The position numbers and the translations under genes are program-made. A DNA stretch of 61,711 nt, the filler included. It is 13 parts of 13 records of this genome, joined end to end, with 100 filler letters (N's around TTAATTAATTAA, not from the genome) between each part and the next. Parts side by side here need not be neighbours in the genome. Positions count along the whole stretch, not along the records: positions 1 to 3,991 come from SRR7504441_22182; positions 4,092 to 7,872 come from SRR7504441_22235; positions 7,973 to 13,602 come from SRR7504441_22238; 10 more parts are not named here. One strand, 5' to 3'. A model generated the notes under the pieces. The model had not been told where the DNA came from and searched no databases. It saw only the letters and a program-made list of their open reading frames with translations. Positions 1 through 10,067 of this stretch are shown here, in pieces; the stretch's first letter is position 1; every line of letters starts with the position of its first letter.

Positions 1-156
1 CATTCGTCAAGACCGATTCGCGGCTAGAGCGGGCGCCCGAAGCCGAAACTGCCCGGCCTCGAAAAAAAAATCCTTGAGACTGTTTCCGTTTTTGGAGAGG
101 ACTCGCCGGGCTGCACGCTCCATTTATGGAGCTGTCGTCATTCCAGTCGCGCACAC

Positions 157-2727
157 ATGACCAACACGCCCCGCACACCCAAGCTGATCCGCGGCCTCTC
201 CGGCACCCAGCACGACAAGCTCTCCTGGCTGGTGCTCACCGCGCTCGGGGACCAGTCCGACTGGGCCGCTGTCGCCGAGGCCGACCTCAAGGTCGAAGAC
301 GTCTCAGGCTACGGCGGGGCCAAGACCTACAAAGTGAGCAACACAGCCCGGGGCGACCAGAACCCGCCCAGTGTTGTGCTGCACTCCCGGCTGGACGACC
401 ACGAGCCCGGGTACATGGCCCGATCCAACGCCGCGGCCGCGGCCTTCGCGTCGGCCGGTCTCTCGCCGGCCCATCTGGCCGAGGGGGGGGACTGGTACGT
501 CGGGGAGTGGGCCGGAGTGGGCCGTCCCAAGCTGAGCGGCCCAGAGGGCTGCAAGCAGTACGGAGCTCTGCTCGGGAGAGTGCACCAGGTCGGGACCAGC
601 TGGTTTGAGGAGCACCGACAGGCGTTGATCCAACGGATTCCAAAGCTGGACGGAGTGAGCGACGGGAGCGGGGTGTGGCCGTACGCGGCCCGCGGGATGC
701 ACGCCGACAACATGTGCCAGAACTTCACGACCGGTCCGTTTGATACTTCAGACGGGGTCGATGCTTTCAAGGCGTACTGTGATCTACCGGAGCCGTTGCT
801 ACCCACACACCCGGTGACTCAGCGGCTGGTGACTACTCACGGCGACCTGCACACGGGGAACATGATCGACATGGGCGACGGCACCCTGGCCTGTATAGAC
901 TTTGAGTTCACTGTGGTGACGGCAGCCTCGTATGATTTGAAGTATGCTATCAACGCCACCTGCGGGAACGAGCTCGAGAACAAGCGCTGCTTCATACAGG
1001 GATATCTCGAGAGTCTAGGCGAGCCCGAGACTGACTTGGACGACTTAATTCTGGACATAGAGCTCAGCTCGTTCCATGTTATGCACGCTGGGCTCGGGGG
1101 GGCTGTCTGGGATGTGGAGAAGATGAAGCCTGCAGACCTCGTCTCACACATCGCCATGGTCGCCAAGTTTGCAGCCGAGGCGCGCACCGTGGACGCTACC
1201 CGGCAGGCGGTGCTGAACGAGGGCGCACGGGCGGCACTTGAAAGCAGCCCGGCCATGATCCAGAGGCAGCGCGAAATGATGGCAGAGAGCCAGGTTTATG
1301 CCACTCTGCAGAACGAGCTGGACCAGTGCCCAACGGATATGAAGACCGATCCGGTCAGCATGGAGACTGGCACCGCCTTCTGGGTGCGGCCGGAGCATGA
1401 CAGCCAGCTGGCAGTGCAGGTTAGGCCGGGCACTGATAGGCTCGAACTGGCAGTGCACGACACGTCCAGCCTCGACCAGCAGTGGCAGTGGGCTAATGGA
1501 AGGCTGCAGCATGCGGCCACTGGGCTGTGCCTGGAGGCCGAGGTCGCATACGTGTTCAACGACCAGCTGAATCCGTGGGAGGTCGGACAGGCTGTGCTGA
1601 TGCGGCCGGCAGACCACGAATGCGATCGACAGAAGTGGGTGCTCGACGGGAAGCTGATCCGGCACAAGGTGGGCGGCAAGTGCCTGGACGTAAACTTTTG
1701 GGAGCTCCAGCCCGGCCGAGGGGTCAACATCAACGTGCCACACAGCTCGCTCCACGGCTGCTCCTGGACTGTCACTGCGGTCGACACTCGCCAGCCGGTT
1801 GATCCGGTTGAGTCCAAGCAGCTGGAGCTCGTGGCCTCGTGCCAAGCATCAGAGGCCAAGCCCTGGCGCTGGTACCACGACCAGGCGGCCGAGCGCGGCG
1901 GGCGGCTGCCGACAGTTTACGAGTTGCGTGCGGAGCTTGTGCATACTCAGCAGAATTGGGGCGACCGCTGGGTCCCAGTAGCATTGACAGGTGCTGAGCA
2001 CCCCGACCCTACGATCAAGTTCACTGGGCGCACAGACGGGTATGCGCAGGGCACCAAGGACAATTGCTGGGCCTGCATCAGTGGCAAGCGGGCCTACGCC
2101 ATGGAGTTCCCAAAGTGGGGGCTAGAAGATCTCGAAAGCCCGCCTAGCCAGGCGTTCTTTGTGGCCAAAGCGGAGCTGGAGGCAGCTCCTGCAGCTGAGC
2201 AGTACTCCACTCCGGCTGCCAGACCGATTGCCGATGTTCCAGCCGGTGCCGAGTTCTACATCACACCGGCGGCTGCTCCAGAGTACTGTCTGGCTGTGGG
2301 CAAGGACGAAAAGCGCGAATACAGAGTCAAGCTCGCTGCGATCAAAAACGGCGACAGCAAGCAGCTTTGGACGCTCGAACACGGGGACCGGTTCCGGAAC
2401 GTTCACTCGGGCGAGTTTCTGGACTCAGGCACGCAGTACATAACAGTCCGCAAGCCGCAGCACCCTTGGAGCGGTAATCATTCAAATATCAACACAGCGC
2501 CGGAGAGCTTTGGCGACACGCAGCGCTGGGTGCTCGGACCAGAGGAGTTTCATGGTGGGAAAGTGCTCCGTCATTACTTGGACGGCCGGGCGGTGGACGT
2601 GCACGGCTGGACGTTCGCAGACGGCAATAACATGGGCGTTGAAAACAGTGCACATGCTGATTGCAAAGGTACGTCATTCAAGCTCGTACTGGCCGGCTAC
2701 GGGCTGGGCCCACGGTCCAATTTCTAG
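157..2727 (+). CDS. Choline/ethanolamine-kinase-like (APH superfamily) phosphotransferase fused to ricin-type beta-trefoil lectin regions
   Basis: Intronless 856-aa ORF. HGDLHTGN (Brenner motif) and IDFEF in the N-terminal half. QxW and CLDV/CLEA motifs (QQW, QKW, QLW, QRW) in two C-terminal blocks. Confidence 0.8.
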   Translation: MTNTPRTPKLIRGLSGTQHDKLSWLVLTALGDQSDWAAVAEADLKVEDVSGYGGAKTYKVSNTARGDQNPPSVVLHSRLDDHEPGYMARSNAAAAAFASAGLSPAHLAEGGDWYVGEWAGVGRPKLSGPEGCKQYGALLGRVHQVGTSWFEEHRQALIQRIPKLDGVSDGSGVWPYAARGMHADNMCQNFTTGPFDTSDGVDAFKAYCDLPEPLLPTHPVTQRLVTTHGDLHTGNMIDMGDGTLACIDFEFTVVTAASYDLKYAINATCGNELENKRCFIQGYLESLGEPETDLDDLILDIELSSFHVMHAGLGGAVWDVEKMKPADLVSHIAMVAKFAAEARTVDATRQAVLNEGARAALESSPAMIQRQREMMAESQVYATLQNELDQCPTDMKTDPVSMETGTAFWVRPEHDSQLAVQVRPGTDRLELAVHDTSSLDQQWQWANGRLQHAATGLCLEAEVAYVFNDQLNPWEVGQAVLMRPADHECDRQKWVLDGKLIRHKVGGKCLDVNFWELQPGRGVNINVPHSSLHGCSWTVTAVDTRQPVDPVESKQLELVASCQASEAKPWRWYHDQAAERGGRLPTVYELRAELVHTQQNWGDRWVPVALTGAEHPDPTIKFTGRTDGYAQGTKDNCWACISGKRAYAMEFPKWGLEDLESPPSQAFFVAKAELEAAPAAEQYSTPAARPIADVPAGAEFYITPAAAPEYCLAVGKDEKREYRVKLAAIKNGDSKQLWTLEHGDRFRNVHSGEFLDSGTQYITVRKPQHPWSGNHSNINTAPESFGDTQRWVLGPEEFHGGKVLRHYLDGRAVDVHGWTFADGNNMGVENSAHADCKGTSFKLVLAGYGLGPRSNF

Positions 2728-2835
2728 AATCTCGAGCCTCATGACATGTTAATTAATAGAGCCCGGCGGCTACTCGATCACTTATGTGATACATGTAAAA
2801 TATAAGAATTCATGCATACTTGTAATGCTAAAGTA

Positions 2836-2855
2836 CTAAAGCGCTACTAAAGCGC
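2836..2855. repeat. N9-TA-N9 duplication
   Basis: CTAAAGCGC-TA-CTAAAGCGC. Confidence 0.9.
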
Positions 2856-2926
2856 TCGTCTTCACCTGGGATGTGCACACCTCAATTCATCAATCGTTGC
2901 ACCTTTATTCAATTCGCTACAACTTG

Positions 2927-3892
2927 CTATAAATCGTAACACCGCCACTCTCCGCCCGCAGCATCGTCTAGCCTAAACGACAGATGGCACGCCTGCAGCG
3001 CCAGCCCCGGCGAGGGCAGCATCCCGGCCGGCGTTTCACCAGCTGGTCCGTACAGTCTGTCCCCTCGCACCGGCACTCCCGCCAGTTGCATCTGCCCTCT
3101 GATCTGGTGCGTCCGGCCTGTGAGTAGCTGCACTAACAAGTCCCACTGCCCCTCCCCAACTGGCACCGACTCAAGCACCCGCAGACAGCACCGCCGCCAG
3201 CTTGCGTCCTCAGCTTGCTCGCGGAACACCCTCGGCGCCCTCCGGCTCGGCTGCTGGTAGCTCACCATATCACGGTGCCCCTCAGATCCGACTCGAAACA
3301 GCTCGATCGGGTCGCGCTCGCTGCTCACACCGACCCGGTACAACTTGCGCCCGCCGCCCTCACGGAACATTCCGGCGAATCTGCCCGCGAATCGCTTGTT
3401 CTTGGCCAGTAGGAGCAGCCCGCTGGTGTCGGTGTCCAGCCGGTGCGCGGCCAGCAACGGCCCGGGTGTCCCAAGCGCCCGCTCGAGCATGGCGCAGCAG
3501 TTTTGCCACAGGTTGTCCACGGTGGCGTGCACCGGCACCCCCGGCGGCTTGTCCAGCACCAGGTACTCCGGCTCCTCCGCCAGCACCCGCCCGCGCCACT
3601 CATCCGCTGACAGCTCCGGGTACCGGCGCGGACGCGGGTGGGCGCGGATGTAGTCGCCCGGGCCGACCAGCAGGTCTGGGTCGGTCGCCCGGCCCGGCCG
3701 CATCTGGGCCGGGCAGCAGGCTTGCTTGTGGTAGACGCCGCCGAAGGCGATGAGCTCAGGAGCGCTGAGCCCGCCCCGGAGCAGACCGGCCACGGCCTCG
3801 GCCAGCGGGCGCGGGGTCCAGTCGGCGGGCACCACCAGGTGCGCTGGCCCCGGGTGCCGCCGCCCGCTGCTCACCGCCCGACGGAGCAGCAT
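2927..3892 (-). CDS. RluA-family pseudouridine synthase, possibly organelle-targeted
   Basis: LDKPPG, HRLDTDTSG (catalytic Asp), TGRTHQIR and GDRLYG motifs. Arg-rich N-terminus MLLRRAVSS. Confidence 0.88.
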   Translation of the reverse strand: MLLRRAVSSGRRHPGPAHLVVPADWTPRPLAEAVAGLLRGGLSAPELIAFGGVYHKQACCPAQMRPGRATDPDLLVGPGDYIRAHPRPRRYPELSADEWRGRVLAEEPEYLVLDKPPGVPVHATVDNLWQNCCAMLERALGTPGPLLAAHRLDTDTSGLLLLAKNKRFAGRFAGMFREGGGRKLYRVGVSSERDPIELFRVGSEGHRDMVSYQQPSRRAPRVFREQAEDASWRRCCLRVLESVPVGEGQWDLLVQLLTGRTHQIRGQMQLAGVPVRGDRLYGPAGETPAGMLPSPGLALQACHLSFRLDDAAGGEWRCYDL

Positions 3893-3991
3893 CTGACCTG
3901 GGGCACTGTGGCTGCCTGGCTGGCCAGGCTGTCGTAAGAATTATTGTTTCTAGCCCAGTTCAAGTCTGTTTTTGTAAGTGGGATTGAGTTT

Positions 3992-4091
3992 NNNNNNNNN
4001 NNNNNNNNNNNNNNNNNNNNNNNNNNNNNNNNNNNTTAATTAATTAANNNNNNNNNNNNNNNNNNNNNNNNNNNNNNNNNNNNNNNNNNNN
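3992..4091. other. Artificial contig-joining spacer (44 N + TTAATTAATTAA + 44 N), first of 12
   Basis: Identical 100-nt blocks with the six-frame-stop linker at 4036, 7917, 13647, 23154, 26310, 30476, 33660, 39319, 44750, 48488, 53192 and 57651. Confidence 0.97.
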
Positions 4092-4499
4092 TCTCAGCGT
4101 CCATGCTCCCCGTCACCACGCTCAGGCCGTTCGGTGGGACAAACACCGCAGAGACCCAATCGCCGTGCCCTTCCAGTGTGCCCACCGCCTCACCCCAGGG
4201 CAGTGAGAGCGCATGGGCCGTCTTGTCCAGGCAGCCTCCGTAAAACAGCAGCTTGCCGTCTGGTGACACCTCCAAGCAGGGCGCGTGCCACTTGGCTGCA
4301 GCGTGCAGCGTATTGACGCAGGGCGTGACGCCGGTCAGTGTGATGTGCCCGTCGTTCGGGTCCACCTGGCCCCGCTCCGGCGCCTCTCCGCCGGCTGGGC
4401 CCACCGTGTGTCGGGTGCGATTGACTGCCCAGATCTTGATCGTGTTGTCAGCCGAGGCCGAATAGAGCGAGGCCCCATCGTCAGACAGCTTGAGTGCAC
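4092..4499 (-). CDS. WD40-repeat protein fragment (no credible start; runs off contig)
   Basis: LYSASADNTIKIW and LEGHGDWVSAV...VVTGSMD WD repeats. Begins mid-repeat at about 4499. Confidence 0.7.
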
Positions 4500-5562
4500 G
4501 AAGCTGAGGGGGCACCACGGTCCTGTCACTGGAATGGCACTGCTCCCAGGCACAGACGACTTGTACACTGTTTCACAGGACCGGAGCTTAATTCGATGGC
4601 CGAACGCCCACCTCCAGAAGGGAGAAGGCGTGGTCCCGCAACAGCGGCCTGGGGGGGCTTGGCTTGGCGGAGTAGGCAATGCTGCAGTTCCTGTACCCAC
4701 TGGTCAGCAGGACTCGGGGACCATTAGCACGGGTGGCAATCCTCAAGTTGGGTGTAGGCGATGTGCGGAGCTGCGCGAGGATTTGCTGTTTGAAAAGACC
4801 CGAAACAAGCAGCTCAATCAGAAAATAATAGACACTGAGGCTGAAAAGCTCAAGTTTCGTGATGACCGGGTAGAGCTGGGTGAGCGGCTTGCAGGAGAGT
4901 CGGATGCACGTCAAAAGGCGTGGAGCGGCTTCAAGGGTCGGCTGTACGACGCCGAGAAGAATCGCAGAGATCAACAGCAGCGACACGAGGATGAGAGACA
5001 ACAGGACGCCGAACAGCGAGCAGAGATGGAGCAATTTGTTGCAGAGATGATCTGCAATGTATCGGAAGCTTCTTCTTTGCGCGGAAAGGCACTAGAGAGG
5101 ATCTCGGAATTAGAGGAGCAACTCGCGTCGGACCATGCGCGGTGGAAAGCGGAGGGAACCGACTTGAGAGCGACCATCGAGGATCTGACAGAGAAGCGTA
5201 ACAGTGAGAACGAGGCATGGAGGGTCAAGATGGAAGGTACTGCTGTGAAAACTAAAAACTTCGGGGAGATGAACCAGAAGCTGAAGGAGCAATTGGATAA
5301 GGAGCGTAAAGAAAATAGGGCCGAGCTAGCAGACCGGTGCGGTACACTGGAGAGCCGGCTCATAGAGACTCAGGACGAACTACGAGCTCTAAAACATGAG
5401 TTGAATTTGGCTCAGCACCGCCAATTCAATGCAGAAGCTGAACGGGATGAGGCACGTGAAGAAGCCTCACGGAATGAAACTTTGAGAGAAGATTACTTTG
5501 GTTTAAAAAAGAAATTTCAAGAGCTGGAGGCCAAAGTGAGCTGTTCCAAAACAGGCGGATAA
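4494..5562 (+). CDS. Last WD40 repeat plus long coiled-coil C-terminus (5' end missing)
   Basis: KLRGHHGPVTGM...YTVSQDRSLIRW followed by E/K/R-rich heptads; stop TAA at 5562. Confidence 0.7.
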
Positions 5563-5989
5563 TGCAGTGACAACAAATCCGGGGGGGGGTGAAGCTTAAT
5601 AACAGACCGCAAAGTGCTATGGTAATGAATCCAAAACGCTAATATGCATGTTCCTTATAGTTTCCTTAGTATTCCTGAGATACTTTTACTTAGATTGTCG
5701 ACGTCGACGTTGACCAAAGCTTTAATCAAAAACTCAGATCGCGCTGATCATGACTCCACTCTATAGCTAGACCGAGTCTACGCAGTATATACCGGTATAG
5801 AAGAGGTTTGAAGACTGACCTTGCCCCTATGATCTCATCATCAAGACGTCGTGCCTAGTACGTCGTGCCTACGCCATGCCTCATTTTAATTAAGCTCCAT
5901 GTATAATAATACAATCATAATCGGCCGGAAGTAATCTAAAGGCTCCATGACATAGAGATGAGCTTAGGTGACACCGGCATCCTCGTTAC

Positions 5990-7390
5990 TTAGTAGCCCC
6001 CATTCTCGAGCTTGATCTCGAAGCCAGCGGCCTCGCATAAAACTCGATGGCTTCATCCCAGCTTCCACCTACGAATCACGACTCACGCCCCGCCGCTCGC
6101 CCGCACAGACCGCCATTGCATGCACAGCCTCCGCATGATCTCGATCTTGGGACTTGTAGCAAGCTGCGAACGCATGGCTGAAGTCCATCAGCCCGGGCTG
6201 CCAGCCGCGATTAGAAATCATTACATTAGGCGAATCACCGCTCCTGTGCGCTTCATCTCCATAAGCCATCGAACTGCCACGCCTGAGTCACCTGTATGCC
6301 TGCAAACCGGTTGAGCGACTGCTGGCTGGGCTGTGCACCTCGAGGTCTCAATTAACATGCTATACATCCCGCGAGTGGGCTCGAGCCCCTGCTGTCGCAT
6401 CAGAGCCATCGCCTCTTGTTCTCTCCCCACTCGCCCCCTCTTCTCAGATATCTCAGAGCAGCACCCGGCAATCAGCGCCTCGTAGCAGCGCTCGGACGGG
6501 AGCAGCCCGGCCTTGAGCATGTCCTCCAGCAGCAAAAACCCGAGCATTGCATCCCCAGCCTGCCCGCACAACTTGATCAACGAGCTGTACGTCACCTCGT
6601 CCGGCGTGGCACCGGCCGCCTTCATCTGCGCGAGCATTTCAAATGCGTCCAGCATACTCGCTGAGGCCTTCTTGCTCGCCTTGATCAGCCTGTTGTACAC
6701 GTACGCGTCGGGCGTCACCCCGGCCTGCTTCATCTCCTCGAGCAGTTGCATTGCCCTCTGCAGCTCACCAGCAGCCACGTATGTATCCACAAGCACCGCA
6801 TACGCCTTCTTGTCCGGCCGAATTCCGGAGACCTTCATCTGTTCATATATCTCCAGCGCCTGCCGTGGGTCCCCAATCTTGTTGCAACCGGTGATGAGCG
6901 CGGTGAAGGTCACCAGGTCCGGCTCCACCCCCGTGGCCTCCATCTCATCCACCACCTCCAGCGCCGGACCCAACGCCCCGGCGTTGCACCAGGCCGACAC
7001 CACGCAGTTGAAACTCCGCGCGTCCGGCGACCGGCCCCGCCGCTGCATCTCGCGTAGCGCGTCCCTGGCCGCCTCGGGGGCCGACCGCTTGGCGTACGCG
7101 TTGATCACCTGGGTGTACAGCTTATTGCTCGGGGTGCACAGCTGGCTGTACTGCGCAAACACCTCCGACAACACCCCGGCGTCGGCCCCCATCGTGCAGG
7201 CGTGGGTCAGTCGGTCGTACGCTTTCTTCTGGTGTCCGCGCGGCAGCTCGGCGATCGGCCCGGCCAGCCCCTGGACGTCCTCGCCTGTGATCCCGCCGCG
7301 TTTCCTGGCCACCCGCACCAGCGCCTTCTTCACAGTGTCCCACGAGCCTGCCCAGGCCGCGCTGCTCAGCCCGCGCAGCCACGGCCGCAT
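5990..7390 (-). CDS. Pentatricopeptide repeat (PPR) protein, 3 small introns near the 3' end
   Basis: Multiple 35-aa P-type repeats (e.g. VTFTALITGC...MKVSGIRPD). Likely ATG at 7390 (MRPWLRG). GT-AG introns restore the frame to TAA at 5990-5992. Confidence 0.85.
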
Positions 7391-8046
7391 CCCGAGGGCC
7401 CCCCACGCACCGAAAAAAAAAATTATCAAGAACCCAATCATGTAGACTACAGGGATCCCTACTTGATACCGGTACAGCTGTACAGCTGTAGGCCCGAACG
7501 ATTTAAAAACGAGTCAAGATTCTATTGATGGGGTACATGTGCATAATACGTATATAAGTAAATTCATGGCAAGTCAGACGAAATGAAGGCCGCTAGATCA
7601 AAACATTCTCCCACCCTTCGCTATCTTTGTCCTCCTTAGTGCCCTCAGTCGCAATATCAAAGTCAGTGGAAAATGTTGCTCCGGGTGCAACTGCTGAATC
7701 GTCAGCTGCCACACATAGAGTCAGTTTGAAAGATGCGGCAGCCCGGAGCGCAGATGGCTACCTGCAAAGTCGGCCAGGTGGTCGCTTTGAGCTGGCGCAG
7801 CTGTTGCTTTACTCTGAGGAAGGGCTAGCTTGCCACTCACCAGCTTACTTGGCGGAGGCGCCAGCTTGCCACNNNNNNNNNNNNNNNNNNNNNNNNNNNN
7901 NNNNNNNNNNNNNNNNTTAATTAATTAANNNNNNNNNNNNNNNNNNNNNNNNNNNNNNNNNNNNNNNNNNNNTTATAGACTACCCATTTATGGGTTCCAT
8001 AGCCATGCATGACATCGTTGTAGTAGAATACTTGCCCTCGAGTGCG

Positions 8047-9936
8047 CTAGTTCGGAGCAGGTCTCTTGACACCACGCTTGGCTCCGACTTGATGTAGTTG
8101 CCAATCATCACGCATGCGCCATGAGCCGTCACTGCTGTCCTGTCTCTCGAGTGTGCCACTGCCCCGCACACTCATACCGCGCCGCGCCGTCTCCGGGAGG
8201 GGTATCTCGAATCGGAATGGTAGGTTGTATTTCACCCCTTGGACTGTCACCTTCTCATTTCGATTCCAAGATTCTGGGACCAAAAAGTGCAGCACCACAT
8301 ACTGTTCACCGGATGCCATGGTATTGAGCCTGCCCGTGTGCACGCGACGCTTGTCACCCCTCATCCGCCCATCTGTTTGCATATCGTCCACCTCGGGACA
8401 GGTTACTGATTGCGGCTCTGAAAGAGGAGCTGCTTCACCCGGCGCGCCTGGGGCAGCTTGTGCGAATCGAGGGTCCAGCAGATGCTTCAGGCTTTCTGGT
8501 AGGCGAGCTTCCTCTCGATCACAAGATTTCCAAATAATCCAGTGCGCAAAGCGGCAATACCGTAACGCTGCCCGTTGGGTCTCTTCAGTGTACTCACTCA
8601 AGGCGGCCGGTTCGATGAAGGCTTCTTTGGACCTATCCTTTGTCTGGTACTTGTAGAATTCAAGATACTTGTTCTCGCAGTCCACACTCATTTCAATTAT
8701 TGTCCTTCCCATTTCATGGGAAACCTCCATATGGTGCTGGCGTGGCACAAGTGGCACCACCATGCGACCGTTCACGCGTTCAAAGTGCTGTGTTACGTCG
8801 TAACTGCTCGAATCAGCACGAACCTTATCGAAGTTCTCAAGAAAATGCGCGCATTCCATCACATATCCGGAGCAATGGTAGGATATACGCTTGTCACTGC
8901 TCACTTCATAGTTCGTCGCGAGAAATGGAAGTATTTTAGGAGCATCTCCAAATTTGTAATCAGAATCACTGAAGTCTTGGGAGCCTGGTGCTGCTTTCTC
9001 CTGGTGCCAGCGATACCATTTGGGAAAGTGTTGGATGACCAGTCCATACACGGTTTCGAGCGAAAATATATCTGGAACCATTGGAGGCAGAATGTGCGTG
9101 CTGCTCATTGTGATCATCTGATTCAGCGTGGAGCAGGACGGGGACAGATCTAGCAGGATGAAATCAAACTGCCCAGCCTGTGCTGTCTTATTCAACAGCA
9201 TGCGGAAAAAGCCTGCGCCTACCCGTACTTCGTCTTTCACCGACTGCATTAGATCATTTTCCCAGTCTAATAGCTGCCCTGTGCCCTCCATGAGCCACAA
9301 GTTGTCTCCGAGCACCTGATCATCGTTGACAGGATGAAATATCTGCTGGTCCTGATTTTCCATGATCAGCTGTACTGCATCCGACGGACTAGAGACATGC
9401 GTTCTCGAGCCCCAGAACGTCTGCATCACCTGATGAAGCCCTCTGTTTTGGCCTCGGAGGCGCCTTTCCCAGTTCTGCTGGAACTCCGCAAGCTGTGCCG
9501 GGTCGTCAATCCAGTAGTTAGCATCCGCGTTGGCAGCAGGGAGGTCCATGTCAACCTGAGGCTCGTTTGGATCGTGTGGCTTGCCTTCACGGACATACCT
9601 TTCGCTTTCGGCAATAGCTTTGTCCATGTCTTCCTGTGATAGTGCCGGGCTCTCACCTGTTCTGAAGAATGCGGTCAGATTGCACTGAGGATCGCAATCG
9701 ATCATCAGGACCTTATAACCACTTGCCGCCAGTGCGGCGCCCAGGTGCTGCGTATTGGAGGTCTTGCCGGCCCCTCCTTTGAATGTGTAGACGGTGATCG
9801 CCGCTCGCAGTCCGGCCCAACGCCGCGCAATGCGAGCTTCGGGCCCTGTCAATGACGCCGTCGTCCCTGTCGAGTGGAGCGATGCATTGAGACCCGAGCC
9901 ATTGGGAACGAGCCGCACGCGCCCCACATCTGACAT
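8047..9936 (-). CDS. ParA/Soj/MinD-family ATPase with long insertions and a C-terminal extension
   Basis: Deviant Walker A FKGGAGKTS, IDCDPQCNLT and FILLDLSPS. Intronless. Likely ATG at 9936. Confidence 0.85.
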   Translation of the reverse strand: MSDVGRVRLVPNGSGLNASLHSTGTTASLTGPEARIARRWAGLRAAITVYTFKGGAGKTSNTQHLGAALAASGYKVLMIDCDPQCNLTAFFRTGESPALSQEDMDKAIAESERYVREGKPHDPNEPQVDMDLPAANADANYWIDDPAQLAEFQQNWERRLRGQNRGLHQVMQTFWGSRTHVSSPSDAVQLIMENQDQQIFHPVNDDQVLGDNLWLMEGTGQLLDWENDLMQSVKDEVRVGAGFFRMLLNKTAQAGQFDFILLDLSPSCSTLNQMITMSSTHILPPMVPDIFSLETVYGLVIQHFPKWYRWHQEKAAPGSQDFSDSDYKFGDAPKILPFLATNYEVSSDKRISYHCSGYVMECAHFLENFDKVRADSSSYDVTQHFERVNGRMVVPLVPRQHHMEVSHEMGRTIIEMSVDCENKYLEFYKYQTKDRSKEAFIEPAALSEYTEETQRAALRYCRFAHWIIWKSCDREEARLPESLKHLLDPRFAQAAPGAPGEAAPLSEPQSVTCPEVDDMQTDGRMRGDKRRVHTGRLNTMASGEQYVVLHFLVPESWNRNEKVTVQGVKYNLPFRFEIPLPETARRGMSVRGSGTLERQDSSDGSWRMRDDWQLHQVGAKRGVKRPAPN

Positions 9937-10067
9937 CCGAGCACCCGGTGGGGACGGCAGCACGGTCTGCCTTACGTCTGTCTGCCGGGCATGCTGATCT
10001 GCCGATGAAGTTTCTGCCCGGACCGTCCGGTCGTAACGGCAGCTGCCGGCTCTTCGGTCCGGTGTCG

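Noticed and set aside
4036-4047. TTAATTAATTAA repeated 12 times as a possible repeat array
   Set aside because: Always centred in identical N blocks, so it is an artificial six-frame-stop linker. ORFs ending X...LIN and any cross-contig gene clustering are artefacts.
6198-6243. Non-canonical GA...CG intron (6243-6206) in the PPR gene that would give a neater MKRTGWQP repeat
   Set aside because: A canonical 41-nt GT-AG intron (6238-6198) with a CTAAT branch candidate and GGCAG end restores the same frame and fits the window-wide pattern.
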